The notes under the pieces were generated by a model. It saw nothing but the letters and a program-made list of their open reading frames with translations, was not told where the DNA came from and searched no databases. The translations under genes and the position numbers were made by a program. DNA of 63,330 bases, the filler included, from Octopus bimaculoides (lineage: Eukaryota), in assembly GCF_001194135.2 (NCBI RefSeq). It is 5 parts of 5 records of this genome, joined end to end, with 100 filler letters (N's around TTAATTAATTAA, not from the genome) between each part and the next. Parts side by side here need not be neighbours in the genome. Positions count along the whole stretch, not along the records: positions 12,882 to 36,938 come from NC_068989.1; positions 37,039 to 59,750 come from NC_068983.1; 3 more parts are not named here. One strand, 5' to 3'. Shown in pieces: positions 24,315 to 37,880 of this stretch (positions are counted from its first letter, which is position 1; every line of letters begins with the position of its first letter).

Positions 24315-25739
24315 TTTCGTATATACATACATAAACATATGTATATACTGCACACATAAACTATTACCCATATACACATCTATCTGTGAGTGTGTGTGTG
24401 TGTGAACGCGCGTGTTTGTGTATTTGCATTAGCCTGTCACAGAGTGTATATAATTTCTATTTAAATAATATTGTAGCAAGTTACTAAATGGTTTTTACTA
24501 GTACCACAGATATTATATTATAAATCTTCATTTCGCCGCGATGTTAGAACATCAATAGACATTTACAAGTCACACGACTCCACCATTTTTAACGATTTTC
24601 TATAACAAGATTTACCCAAAATTTAAATGGTCTACAAAACTGAATTGTCATTGATTAGATTCACAGCAGAACCGACAAAGAATTTGAAAACGAAGACGAA
24701 GCAACGAGTTTTTAGTAACACAAACGTGATAAGCCGAACATGATTTTTGATGCTGTCTTAATGTATTGCTATTTAAAAGCTAAACCATAACCCAAGCAAA
24801 CGAACAAACGAACGGAACTAAAGAATAAGAACACTCTTAAAAGAAACACTGCCAATTCTTTTATGACAAGAAATACTATATTTTTATTCTTTCAATCACT
24901 CTTTCGCTTATTGCTGTTTATTATGGTTTGTTTTTGTTTATTTTTTCTTCGTCTCGTTAAACTTTTTAACTAAGCAATCAGAATATAAAAGGTGTAACGC
25001 TTCTCTAATAACAAAACAAAAAAAAACCCCAACAAACAAACTAACGAGAACAAGAAAGAATAATAAAATGGCGGCGACAAATAAGAAATATACTTTTAAC
25101 TAATATTGTTGATTGGCCGTTGTGGGGAAGATGTCGGTGGTTTGTTAACACTCACGGAAATTACTGTGGACTGAATACTGTGCGCTACTTAGCTGCCATC
25201 ACTTTACATCCTGAGAGATTACGACTCTTCTTACTTAAAAGATCGATTAAATACAAAGACGAGTCATTAAGTATCCGCAAAGTACTTCCAAGAATCATCA
25301 TCGAAGACGTATATCGCCATTGATATGTTGCTTTTGTGACAGTCGGCATCAGTCTCAGTCGCTTCTCCGCTTCCGAGCACATTGAGCAGAAAGTTAGTGC
25401 CACTGGTTTCTGTTCGCTGAGGTTTTCTGTGTACCCTGTCATGTGATATTTGCCCCTTTTATGTCAGTAACAAATGTTCTTAGCCATGTACTTTACAGTC
25501 TTCCTGTTCTTCCTTTCCCCTCCATTGGTGTCAATTTAAGACCTGTTTTAGAATGGCATCGTTCTGGGTACCAGAGTATATGACCTGCTAGTTTTAATCT
25601 TCATTACAAAAGCTGTATGTGTCGGTAGAAATGACTAGATTGGTGAAATAAACATCAGAGATACTTTTCTCCTTGCAGAAACTGCGGAAGCAACTCAGAG
25701 CTTTTCCAAGCTCTTCTAAATCCATTGCAATAATATTGG

Positions 25740-26030
25740 AAGCTCCTTCGTATAGTCAGCAGGAATCTTAGGGTCACAAGCGTTTTGTCTCTTTGCCTAT
25801 ACGCTTCACCAGAGTTGGTTAGCGAGAACTGAACTAGTCTTCACATACGGAAGTGTTCCACATGCGGTCTGTTACCAACCAAAGCTATTTAAAGCTAGTT
25901 TCAGCTCCAGTACCTAGTTCCTTGATGGTTTTATTCAGTTGTCTGAGTTCCAGACCTTTCTTCTGCAGGAAAGAGCGCACCAATCTAGATGGAAAGCCGC
26001 AGCAGCCGATTTCAATGGAAAATGAGGAAA
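25740..26030 (-). mobile_element. HERO-like (RLE clade) non-LTR retrotransposon 3' end
   Basis: SIEIGCCGFPSRLVRSFLQKKGLELRQLNKTIKELGTGAETSFK*LWL matches the xEVGCRGF..AE..SxWLW C-terminal pattern. Stop at 25834-25836, followed by a UTR. Confidence 0.75.
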
Positions 26031-26284
26031 TGAGTGAATAATTAAGTTCGAGGCTTTTATCAGGCGTTTTCTACTAAGCTCTTCCAAGCAAGTAAACTAT
26101 AAATAGAATATTACTGTGGTCTATTTGTTGCTAATCCTAAACAGATTATCACTAATTCTCTCTAAGTCACGGAATTTCCCATACAATACGGAAATGGAAG
26201 TTATATTTTAATTCACATCAGCATACTATATTTCTTTTAAAATGTTGCATATTATATCTTACGAAAAATATGGGCAGAAGGCCA

Positions 26285-26370
26285 GCAATATCATCGACCT
26301 CAGTACTTCACGGTACTTTAATTTATCGGCCCCGGATGGATGACCAGCAATGTCTGACCACGATGATAGA
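26285..26370 (-). mobile_element. SINE family B fragment
   Basis: tcgacctcagtac..ggtactttaatttatcggccccgg. Confidence 0.55.
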
Positions 26371-26781
26371 TGAATCTCCAAAGTAATGTGCCAGAATAAA
26401 TACCTCTGAGCCTTTTCCCCGGCTTGCTACCGTTTCAGCCAACAAACCGATTTTAATACCTTACGAAAATAATGAGAAACGTGTCTATGCGGAGGGCAAT
26501 TAACATTAATTACAATCTGGTGAGTTTTCAGCGGCGCTAATCTCAGCGTAGAGACATTTGCATTCATTTGCATTAACGAACGTTCGGTACATTATTCAAT
26601 TAGTAGAGGGAATCAGGAGTATTTCGTGTTTAGATCTACTTTGGCAGATACTGGCACTCAGGAAAAATGCATGCATAAACATAAATTAAAATAAAACTCA
26701 CACATAAACATACACACCAAGAATGATCTAGAAATATATTCCTCTCTCTTCCTTTCCCCAGCTCTCTCCCTCTCCCTTTCA

Positions 26782-26820
<39 letters not shown>

Positions 26821-27069
26821 NNNNNNNNNNNNNNNNNNNNNNNNNNNNNNNNNNNNNNNNNNNNNNNNNNNNNNNNNNNNNNNNNNNNNNNNNNNNNNNN
26901 NNNNNNNNNNNNNNNNNNNNAGGACTATTTTTGCACACAATGCAACTATATATATATATATATATATATATAGTTTTACAAATCTATATATGTTCTTGAA
27001 TAATATGTGTATATATATGCAAATATATACACATATAAGTGTATATGTGTATATATATGTATGAGTACA

Positions 27070-27452
27070 TTCTTTTACTTGTTTCAGCATTTGACTGCGG
27101 CCATGATGGAGCACCACCTTTAGTCGAACAAATCGACCTCAGGACTTATTCTTTTGATAAGCCTAGTAATTATTCTATCGGTTTCTTTTGCCGAACCCCT
27201 ATGTTACAAGAGCGTAAACGCGCCAACATCGGTTGTCAAGCGATGGTGGGGTGGACAAAGAGACACACACACACACAAATATATATATATTAGCGACGGG
27301 ATTTTTTCAGTTTCCGTCTACCAAATCCACTCACAAGGGTTTCGTCGGTCCGAGGCTATAGAAGAAGACACCCAAGTTTTTACGTAGTGGGACTGAACCC
27401 ATAACCATGTGGTTGGGAAGCAAGCTTCTTACCACACAGCCACTGTTACGCT
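27070..27452 (-). mobile_element. SINE family A, full length
   Basis: Both halves match the window consensus. Confidence 0.92.
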
Positions 27453-27651
27453 TATATATAACAATGTATATATGGTGCGTAAGATATTTGAGGACAGATT
27501 TAGGTTTATGAAAAAAAAAACAAACAGATATATACTTACAGATAATAACTTTATTTATCAAAAATTGCTATGAGGATGAAAATAAACCTCCTCTTTTATA
27601 ATGTTATTCAATAAAGCCACCTTCAGTTTCAACAACTTCGTATGCATGTAT

Positions 27652-27870
27652 TCTGCACCAATGAGCACTGCATGGTGGGCATGATTAACCCTGACATTAA
27701 GTGTAGAACTAGAAATGTAGTCTACAACATAAGGTGCGTGGAGTGTGTTTGTCAAGACAAGAACATGACATACATTGGTGAGATATCTAGAAGCATAGCG
27801 GAGAGACTAAATGACATTTGAGACAATATGACGACGAAAATAGTCTTCTGTGCTCTACCAACATGACAAA
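27652..27870 (+). pseudogene. Penelope-type GIY-YIG endonuclease fragment
   Basis: CTNEHC..KCRTRNVVYNIRCVEC..TYIGEISRSIAERLNDI*. VVY..YIGE with the intervening CxxC is the PLE GIY-YIG signature. Confidence 0.85.
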
Positions 27871-28667
27871 TGTCGACTTGACATCCGCAAGCAGGTAAAT
27901 ATGTAAATAAACAGATATAGATAGGTAGATAGAGAGGTACATAGGTAATAGAGACAAACAAGCATACACGCACCTGAAACATATGACCGTATATACACAC
28001 GCACACTTCCCACACACACACTTCACACACGCATACACTTCACACACACACAAAGACATATGGAGACACACACCCATACATAACAGACGCACGTATATAG
28101 TCACACAAACCCAGTACTAAATAGAAGACATACATAGAAGGTAGTGATACACCAATACCCACAGTTTATACATACACAGGTAGATTTGTTAGTAGGCTGT
28201 TATGTAGACGTGTGTGGGTGTATATATACGTATATATATGTATATATATATATAAATAGGCAAAATATGTACGTAAACAGATACATAAGTAGATAGATAG
28301 GTACATAGGTAATACGAACAGACAAGAGCACACACACACAAATACACAAACACATGAATATGCAGAATTCATACATACAAACGGACAAGCACGCATGTAT
28401 ATATATGCATACACACACACGCATACATACATGCACACACAAACATACAAACGTATGTGAATACACATACACGCTGACGCACACACATGCGCACAAGCAA
28501 CCAAAGAAAAGGTACGCAGCTCAGGTAACGTACAGTCAACGAGTGTTGAAGAGGCTGCAAGAAGCAACGAAAATTTTAGAAAAAATAAATAAATGAGTGG
28601 AAATCGAACCGGTGTGTGTGTTAATAAAGTATTAAAATACAATGACACTCCTCAGACACAAATAATA

Positions 28668-28699
<32 letters not shown>

Positions 28700-28951
28700 N
28701 NNNNNNNNNNNNNNNNNNNNNNNNNNNNNNNNNNNNNNNNNNNNNNNNNNNNNNNNNNNNNNNNNNNNNNNNNNNNNNNNNNNNNNNNNNNNNNNNNNNN
28801 NNNNNNNNNNNNNNNNNNNNNNNNNNNNNNNNNNNNNNNNNNNNNNNNNNNNNNNNNNNNNNNNNNNNNNNNNNNNNNNNNNNNNNNNNNNNNNNNNTGT
28901 GTGTGTGTGTGTGTGTATGTGTGCGTATATATATATACATATATACATCTG

Positions 28952-28993
<42 letters not shown>

Positions 28994-29480
28994 ATCACAC
29001 GCGTTCACATATACATATTTTTAAGCGAAGAACAGCGAATCAGTTTCACCGTCCACCTCATTTAGGTCAGCCGATGATAGTTGAGGGTTAGCATTCTATA
29101 TTTAAATCTTTCTCGTACTCGAAAATGTCTTGTGTGTTCTTTCGAGTTAATACAGTTTGATTGAAAACAAAATAAATATTTTGATCGATAGGCCCACACA
29201 CAAACGCACTCACACACGCACATATATACATATACGTCTATATGTATGTATGTATGTATGTATGTATGCATGCATGCATGTATGTATATATGTATGTATG
29301 TATGTTTATATACATACGTATACATAGACACACACAGAGTAATTCTATATGTATGTATATATATATAGGTATGTATGTATCTACCTATATATCTATATCT
29401 ATATATTTATACACACACACTCACACGCGCACACACATACATACATACATACATATGCATATATGTATATACACACACAC

Positions 29481-29512
<32 letters not shown>

Positions 29513-29927
29513 GAATCAATAGTATTTAGATGGGTGTGTGCAATTAAGCGGAGCAAATTATTCAATACAGGGAAATAGACTGGAATAAGATTTATGCAAA
29601 ACTCTGAGCGCATGCGCGCATCTGTCTGTATGTATATATGTGCATACATACAGACATACCTACGTACCAACACACACACACACACATACATATATATACA
29701 CATATACACACGTGCATATATATATAGATACACATATATATCCATGTATCTACGTATACAAACATAATGCATACACATATATAAATACATATATGTATAC
29801 ACACACATACATATATACACACATATATATATCCATATATCTACATATACAAATATACATACATATATATATATACATATACATATACGTGTATACACAC
29901 AGACGCACACACACATACACACATACA

Positions 29928-30023
<96 letters not shown>

Positions 30024-30934
30024 AGAGATTATACACTTTTGCGTGCTCTTTAACATTAAGCCCATAAAATAAGACGTTCAATGACTTTTTGGTCGTAATA
30101 TAGTTTCTAATAGGCGCAATAGTCAAAAGTCAGAGTCTTCAAGGAATTAGTTTTGTTGCTTCAGTATAATTCTGAATTCTGTCTTCTTGCAACCCCACCC
30201 CCACCACACACATACACAAGTAGAAGCAGGATTGCATTAATAAAATCTTCGCTTCGTAAATGGGTTCAAACAAAACAATTTGAGGGTAAAATATAATTTT
30301 GCTTTAATGGTTTTCCGGCAAATTCTACTCTTTTACCTCCGAAAAACCACCCTGTCGCGCACAAACACCGATTTTGTGGAGTATAAAAGTGGGTGTGGTG
30401 TCAAGTGGAAGTAGTGAGGATGTAGTGTGGTGTAAAGATGTACTCGGTGTGGGATTAACCATTAAGAAAAAATGAGAAAGTGCTTAGGTCAATAAGGGCA
30501 CTACAAAAATCGTAAATGGATTACGGCACAAAAGAAATCATTTTACACTTCCTAAAATAATATTGAAACTGGCTTATATGATCGGAAATATAATTTAGAA
30601 GTGTTAATTGTGTCACAGGGAGGATCTGATCAAAGTCTTTGCAATTAAAAAAATAAAACAAAAAAAAGTAAGTGATAGCTTTCCAAAATATAATTACAGT
30701 TGAAATATATAAAAATAAACATTATTTTCCATCTTGTTAGTTTTGTTTTCTCTTGAAAGATGAAAATTTATTTTATGGTTTATTACTTTTTACATTTTGA
30801 ATTATATATATATTTATATATTGGGGAACCAAAATTTGCTTGCAAACTTATAGCCTCTATGGGTCTAAATTTGACTGGAACATCGTCATTATTCTTTCTA
30901 AATCCTGCAGCGTTTCACGTTCAAATCCTGCACA

Positions 30935-31798
30935 TTTCACATCCGATCGTAACTGTTGAGGAACTAGCAGAGAAAGTCGGATTTGGTCATTCGACCATTC
31001 ATTGACACCTGCGTGCCATCGGAAAAGTCAGCAAATTAGGTCAATGGGTTCCTCACAAAATTTCCATTTGTAATCGCGCTTGAGAGTGAATGTGTGCCTT
31101 TCTTTGCTGTCCCGTCTCACGAATGAACCTTTTGTGGAGCGAATAGTGACTGGTGATGAGAAATAGTTTCTATAGAGATATGTCAAGCGCCGAAAACAGT
31201 GGGTAGGAAAAGAAGAAACACCAGCGTCCCGGGTTAAACAAGGTCTTCACCTACGTAAGATGCTATCTGTTTGGTGATATATGAAAGGGTTAGTCTACTT
31301 TGAACTTTTAAACCCAAACCAAACGATAACAAAGGAGATCTACTGCGTGCAGCTTGAGCGGTTTATGTCAGCGTGAGAAGAAAAACGGCCATCTTTGGTT
31401 TCAAGACCAAAGTTGTTCTACTATCAGGATAAGGATCGACGACATACAGCCTGGATGACATTCCGAAGGCTGGAGCAGTTTGAATGGGGAAACCATGCCC
31501 CACCCACCATATTCGCCGGACATTGCCCCATCTGATTATGATTTATTCCGCAGTTTTCAAAATCATTTGTACGGAAAAAGTATGAATTCTGTAGACAAGG
31601 TCAGAACGGCTTTGGAGGAGTATTTTTCATGATGGACAAGTGAATTTTGGTAGAAAGCCTTGCAAGTCTACCAGTTAAGATGGAAGAGCATTGTAGAAAA
31701 TGAAGGAAAGTACATTTTAGATTTTTAAAATACTTTATCATAATTTTGAAGCATAAAAGAATTATAAAAAACCGCATTATCTATGGGACGATCCAATA
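30935..31798 (+). pseudogene. 5'-truncated decayed mariner, copy M3, with 3' TIR
   Basis: PIVTVEELAEKVGFGHSTIH..GQWVPH..IVTGDEK..HPPYSPDIAPSDYDLFRSFQN. Ends ccgcattatctatgggacgatccaa|TA. Confidence 0.93.
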
Positions 31799-31805
31799 TA
31801 TACAA

Positions 31806-31876
<71 letters not shown>

Positions 31877-31949
31877 NNNNNNNNNNGTATGCGAACTTTT
31901 TGACATATTTCAACTTCTAAAGGCAAATGTATGTATGCGTATATGTGCA

Positions 31950-32156
31950 CCTGTCTTTATCTGTATATCCCATCATCGCTTGACACTGGTGTTGATATGT
32001 TTTCGTTTCAGTAACATAGTGGTTGGACAAAAGAGAACGATAGAATGAGTACCCAGTTTAAAAACATAAGTACGGGAATCGATACACTCAACTAAAACTA
32101 CTCAGACGGCGCTCCAGCATGCCCGCTGTCCAATGAATGACATAAATAAAAGATAC
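31950..32156 (+). mobile_element. SINE family A, diverged 3' half
   Basis: cggcgctccagcatgcccgctgtccaatga. Confidence 0.7.
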
Positions 32157-32975
32157 AAGTTAAACGGTAAGAGATATATATTCATGTTGATATGTACGGA
32201 GGCGATGTGATGTTATGCATTAGTTCATTAATAATTAATTCATTGCTTAGTTAATGAGATTTACTATCAGGACTCTTCTTTGAGAATGGCGTTGCTAAGT
32301 CCCTCTCATGCTACTATGGTGACAGCCTGGATATTAAATATCCATGATTTTATAAAATGATAATGGCAATTTCTTTGCGTTCGAAGACCTCGAGAATGAT
32401 CGGCACGCCCTCTAGTGCGTGTATACGATACTTTGTTCTGCAGGCTTTTCTACCTGTTTGAGCTTAGGAATTTCAAAATGAGAGTCTGCCTGCGCAGTCT
32501 GATGGCACTCTTTAGACTTGGAGGTCTGACCACAGTTGTTAAGCGAACTGAGACACCTGCTGTGACCAACAAACTGCAGGTTTTATTCTTGAGTGACCTT
32601 CTCCTTTGTGAATTGTCTTACAATTGTCGCCAACTACCTTGGAGTTGACTGAAGGGTATAAAAGAGAGCACTAAACCGCTTGAGGGACTTCACTCTTTGA
32701 GTTTCTGTCAAGGATGTCCACTCTAGCATTTTCCTTTTCCAAAGCACTTACGAGGCAGAGAAGGGTTGTGCTTGGCGGTTGTTTCTTTGGACCCTGACAC
32801 GGGCTCCTACTCCGGGTCAGAGAAGACCTGATGATCATAACGGCTAAAAACCTTGTTCCACATGCCTCAAAACACCCCAACCAGGGCCCCACTACCAGTT
32901 CCAGCTTTAAATCGTATATTATAAAAGACCCTCTCCCCACCACATAATCCATCCCTCCATCCCACCATCCACCCG

Positions 32976-33044
<69 letters not shown>

Positions 33045-33419
33045 TTATAGTAGCACACACGCGTGTTTGTGTGTGTGCTAATAAGATTATTAAATTATTT
33101 CCCCTTAAAAGCAACCATATTAAGCTGGTACCATCATACATTAAGTCCGACTTACTAATTGGGTTTTCATACGTTGCGGAAATAGGAAATCGCATTCAGC
33201 TCTGGAATGAAATTTCCATAATTGGTAGACGAGAACTAAGGTGCAAACTAGGAAAATTCAGCAGAGCAACGCATAGAGCGCTCGTTAATAATCCGATCGT
33301 TAAGCCAAATGCAGAAATCAGTTTAATATGCTTGACTTTAATGAAATCTGTATTGAAATACACGCAGTTAAATAAGCGATGTATGTAACAATGCATATGC
33401 TTTTGGCTTGCATGAGGAA

Positions 33420-33660
33420 TAAGTCTGAGATTAAGAATCTCGCTTTGCTATCCCATGGCCCTGGGTTCAGTCTCACAGAGTGGCTCCTTAGGAAAGTGTT
33501 TTCTACTATAGCCCCTGGCAGCATAAAGAATTGTGAGTGGTTTTCTTTGACGGAAACTGTGTGGAAGTCCGTCATATGTGCATGTGTTTGTATGTCTTTG
33601 TATCTGCGTTTGTGGACTACCGATGTTGGTTTATTTACGTACCAGTAGCATAACAGGTTT
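33420..33660 (+). mobile_element. SINE family A, diverged
   Basis: ctgggttcagtc..aagtgttttctactatagcc..gacggaaactg. Confidence 0.7.
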
Positions 33661-33775
33661 CTATTTAATCAAAATTTCAGTTTTCAGGTGTACATCAAAG
33701 CGATTTATTTATATAATTGTGTGATTTGAACATCAACAAAAGCAAGCAAGTCGGCATTGCTGTTATAAATGCTAA

Positions 33776-33942
33776 ATAGGTGCATGAATGGCTGTATGGT
33801 TAGGGACCTCGATTTGCTTCAACGGAGTATCGGGTTCAATCCCACTGCGCGACATATTGGACAAGTGGCTTCTACTACAACTCCGGGCCAACCAATACCT
33901 AGTGAGTGAATTTGGTAGGTGGAAACTTTGGAGAAGCCCGTT
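33776..33942 (+). mobile_element. SINE family A, 5' half
   Basis: ataggtgcatgaatggctgtatggttag..gggttcaatcccactgcg..gaagcccgtt. Confidence 0.8.
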
Positions 33943-34901
33943 ATATAAAATATAAAACATATTTAGCCTTAATTTTTGTCTCGTTCCTAACGTTCCTGCC
34001 TATCCACCACCCATGCTCTCTTCCTCAATACGAAAAAAAGATTTTTCTAAAAACGTCTCTTATTCACTGAAATCGTAGAATAAGATTGAAGCATGGCTGG
34101 AGTCGTCTCCCGTTTTTGCTGAAATAGTCTAAATAATACTACTCCTTGAATAATATTACGGTTCACTCACCGCCATGTTATTTCTAATTACATTTTAATG
34201 CTAACTACATTTTATGTTTTAATATTAACTTGACTAAGATTCTAAAATACCCAACACAATCATAAAACATTACAGTATTTGGTCTGTTGTTTTAGGTTGT
34301 TGACAAATGTTTCGATTATATATATTTTATTGAAAAACATGATAAATGATTGTAAACTTCTATAACCTCAGCCTGAAGGTTAGTATAATTTATTTGAATT
34401 GAACATGACAAATGACGGCAGATGTCTTTTTTAACCTCAGTCTGAAAAATGGTATTATTTAAATATTTATTTGTAACATATGCACAAAGTCTGAAATATA
34501 AACAAACTCCAGTGACTAGTGAGTTTATTGATACGAAAATGATGAAATCGGCGCGATTTGAACTTAGACCTGCGGCCAGCAAATTTATTTGGAGAAGTGC
34601 TTGCATTGGAAGCGGTTGTTTTTTTATGTCTTGTGGGCAAAAGCAAATAAACTAGGAAACCCTGATCAGACACCACCATGGAAACAACTTTATTTTAGTT
34701 TTTAAACGACAACTGTTTTAACGGAGGCATGGTTGAGTCACCAAGCATTAGCCACGAGCACTTCTTGTGCCCAGGGTTTAGCTTGCCAAGATTCTCAAAT
34801 TCATTTTGTGTTGTGCGTCATGTAGAAAATCGCCCAGGCTCTGGTTTCAGTCTATTTTTGATATCGTCAGTCCATAGACGTCTTTGACGACCTCTTGCTC
34901 T

Positions 34902-34933
<32 letters not shown>

Positions 34934-34944
34934 TACAACCCTCG

Positions 34945-35320
34945 TATCGTTTCACTCATTTTGACTGCAGTCATGCAGGAGCACCGCCTTTACTCAAGCA
35001 AATCGACCCCAGATTTTATTCTTTGTAAGCCTAGTACTTATTCTATCGGTCTATATTGTCGAAGCGCTAAGTTACGGGGACGTAAACACACCAGCATCGG
35101 TTGCCAAGTGATGTTGGGAGGACAAACACAGACACACAAGCATACACACACAAACATATACGGCGAGCTTCTTTCAGTTTCCGTCTATCATATCCACTCA
35201 CAAAGGTTTGGTCGGCCTGAGGCTATAGTAGAAGACACTTACCCAAAGGTGCCACGCAGTGGGACTGAACCCGGAACCATGTTGTTGGTAAGCAAGCTAC
35301 TTACCACACAGCCACTCATT
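34945..35320 (-). mobile_element. SINE family A, near full length
   Basis: Matches the window consensus. Confidence 0.9.
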
Positions 35321-35642
35321 AATGTTTTATAGATATCAACATCCAACTGAGAACTTTCAATCTTGTTTTAAATAGACATGATTCTAAGAACAATTATACC
35401 ACACCTATGTAATTCTAACGTCTTTTTATCTTTTCTTATTTTTCCTTTCCTTAATTTTTGCTACTGACGAATACCTTTTGACAACCTAGATTTTTAACAT
35501 GAATTTATTGTCTTTTTGTATGAAACGATGGTATAGATACATGAATAAAAATAATTTCAGTCCATATTAAGATCTAATCTCCATTTAGGAACTAAATATG
35601 AATGAATTTGTTGAACTTTGGTTTATAAGTTAAATCATAAAC

Positions 35643-35681
<39 letters not shown>

Positions 35682-36254
35682 GCACACACACTCATACATA
35701 AACATATATATATAACAAGTTTCCACCTACCAAATTCACTCACGAATCTTTGGTAAACCGGGGGCTGTAGNNNNNNNNNNNNNNNNNNNNNNNNNNNNNN
35801 NNNNNNNNNNNNNNNNNNNNNNNNNNNNNNNNNNNNNNNNNNNNNNNNNNNNNNNNNNNNNNNNNNNNNNNNNNNNNNNNNNNNNNNNNNNNNNNNNNNN
35901 NNNNNNNNNNNNNNNNNNNNNNNNNNNNNNNNNNNNNNNNNNNNNNNNNNNNNNNNNNNNNNNNNNNNNNNNNNNNNNNNNNNNNNNNNNNNNNNNNNNN
36001 NNNNNNNNNNNNNNNNNNNNNNNNNNNNNNNNNNNNNNNNNNNNNNNNNNNNNNNNNNNNNNNNNNNNNNNNNNNNNNNNNNNNNNNNNNNNNNNNNNNN
36101 NNNNNNNNNNNNNNNNNNNNNNNNNNNNNNNNNNNNNNNNNNNNNNNNNNNNNNNNNNNNNNNNNNNNNNNNNNNNNNNNNNNNNNNNNNNNNNNNNNNN
36201 NNNNNNNNNNNNNNNNNNCTGTCAAACCATGCTGCCTGGGAATTATATTTTATC

Positions 36255-36440
36255 TGGTACTTGTTTCAATCATTGGACTGCGGCCATACTGGTGCATCGC
36301 CTTGAAGTATTCAGTCGAACAAATTGACTCCGATAATTATTTCTTTTTCTATATCTACTACTTATTCTATCAGCCTGTTTGGCTAACCGCTATGTGACAA
36401 GAATGTAAAGAAACGAACACCGGTTGTCAAGCGTAGGGAA
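36255..36440 (-). mobile_element. SINE family A, 3' half
   Basis: ggactgcggccatactggtgcatcgcc. Confidence 0.78.
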
Positions 36441-36611
36441 ACGAACATAAAAATACACACGCGTACATGCACCCACATGCACACGCACGTACACACACAC
36501 ACACGCACACATACACACACACACATACACAGACACACAGACACACTACGAAACTCCGTCTACGAAATTCAATTTCGTGGGTTTCTTCAGTGCCCGGAGC
36601 GGAACTGAACC

Positions 36612-36835
36612 GCTACGTTCTGAGTTCAAATTCCGCCGAGGTCGACTTTGCCTTTCATCCTTTCGGGGTAGATAAATTAAGTACCAGTTACGCACTGGGG
36701 ACGATGTAATCGACTTAATCCCTTTGTCTGTCCTTGTTTGTCGCCTCTATGTTTAGCCCCCTGCTGGCAATGAAGAAATAAGAAACGTTAGGACGCCCCA
36801 AAATTTCGGGCCTTGTGCCTCGAGTAGAAAAGAAT
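36612..36835 (+). mobile_element. SINE family B (Meta/MESC-like central domain)
   Basis: tacgttctgagttcaaattccgccgaggtcgactttgcctttcatcctttcggggtagataaattaagtaccag. Domain name assigned from memory of the motif. Confidence 0.75.
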
Positions 36836-37138
36836 ATAACTATCTATATATTTATACTCAAATATTGTTCTTCTGAATGTCTACTTCTTTGCATTCTCTT
36901 GTTTCGCATGTATACATAAATACATTTCATCTCCAAGCNNNNNNNNNNNNNNNNNNNNNNNNNNNNNNNNNNNNNNNNNNNNTTAATTAATTAANNNNNN
37001 NNNNNNNNNNNNNNNNNNNNNNNNNNNNNNNNNNNNNNATAGGTAAATGATAGGCTTGCCTCAATCCTTCAGGGGTAGTCTGAAGCATCCAAGCAGCCAG
37101 GGGATGTTTAAATCCGGAGGCACTTCCCACATAAATAA

Positions 37139-37169
<31 letters not shown>

Positions 37170-37734
37170 ATGCGAGAGAGTTAGGGGTTGAGGGTTCAAC
37201 CCATATATATATATATATATATATATTATCAAGCTAATCCGTTAATCGCAACACTTGTAAATATATCAGTGTGTATGAGTATGTGTGTGTGTGTGTGTTT
37301 GTGTATGTGTATGCAAAATTTTGTTTAGAGAACCTCATATGTCCAAAAGCATCGTTCTTCAAATCAAAGTATGCATTTAGATTTTTAGGTTTCCTATATA
37401 TACATTAGCTAATTTCCTCGAGTACGTGCTTACACACTCACAGATGTATGCTCATATTCACATACAAATACATACATATACATGTATTCCTATATGTCTG
37501 TATGTGTATAGAAAAGTATGATTGATTCTTTTTTCATTCTTAGCCTTATTTTCTAGAGTGCAGTGCCAGAAATATGGACATTAATTGATTTGGATTCAAA
37601 GAAAGAGACTTAAAACAACAGATGAAATTATAACCCTTAACTGATTTGATCTATAGTATGTAAGATCAAAGAATTCTGTGTATTGTACTTCTAGAGCTTA
37701 TACTGTTAGGAGTTAACCAGAGCCAACGCTATCG

Positions 37735-37850
37735 CTGCCGCCGTTACCGCTGCCACTGCCTCCGCCGCCGACCACCATCGCCACGCCCTACCACCACCAC
37801 CACCTCCACCGCCGCCACCGCCGCCGCCGCGGCCGCCGCCACCGCCGGTA
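37735..37850 (+). repeat. (CCG/CCA)n GC-rich trinucleotide tract
   Basis: Direct reading. Confidence 0.9.
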
Positions 37851-37880
37851 TCACGGCAATCTTTATCTTTATGCAATACA

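Noticed and set aside
37735-37850. (CCG)n tract as a CpG-island promoter or polyA/polyG exon
   Set aside because: It is a short simple repeat with no splice sites or flanking promoter evidence.
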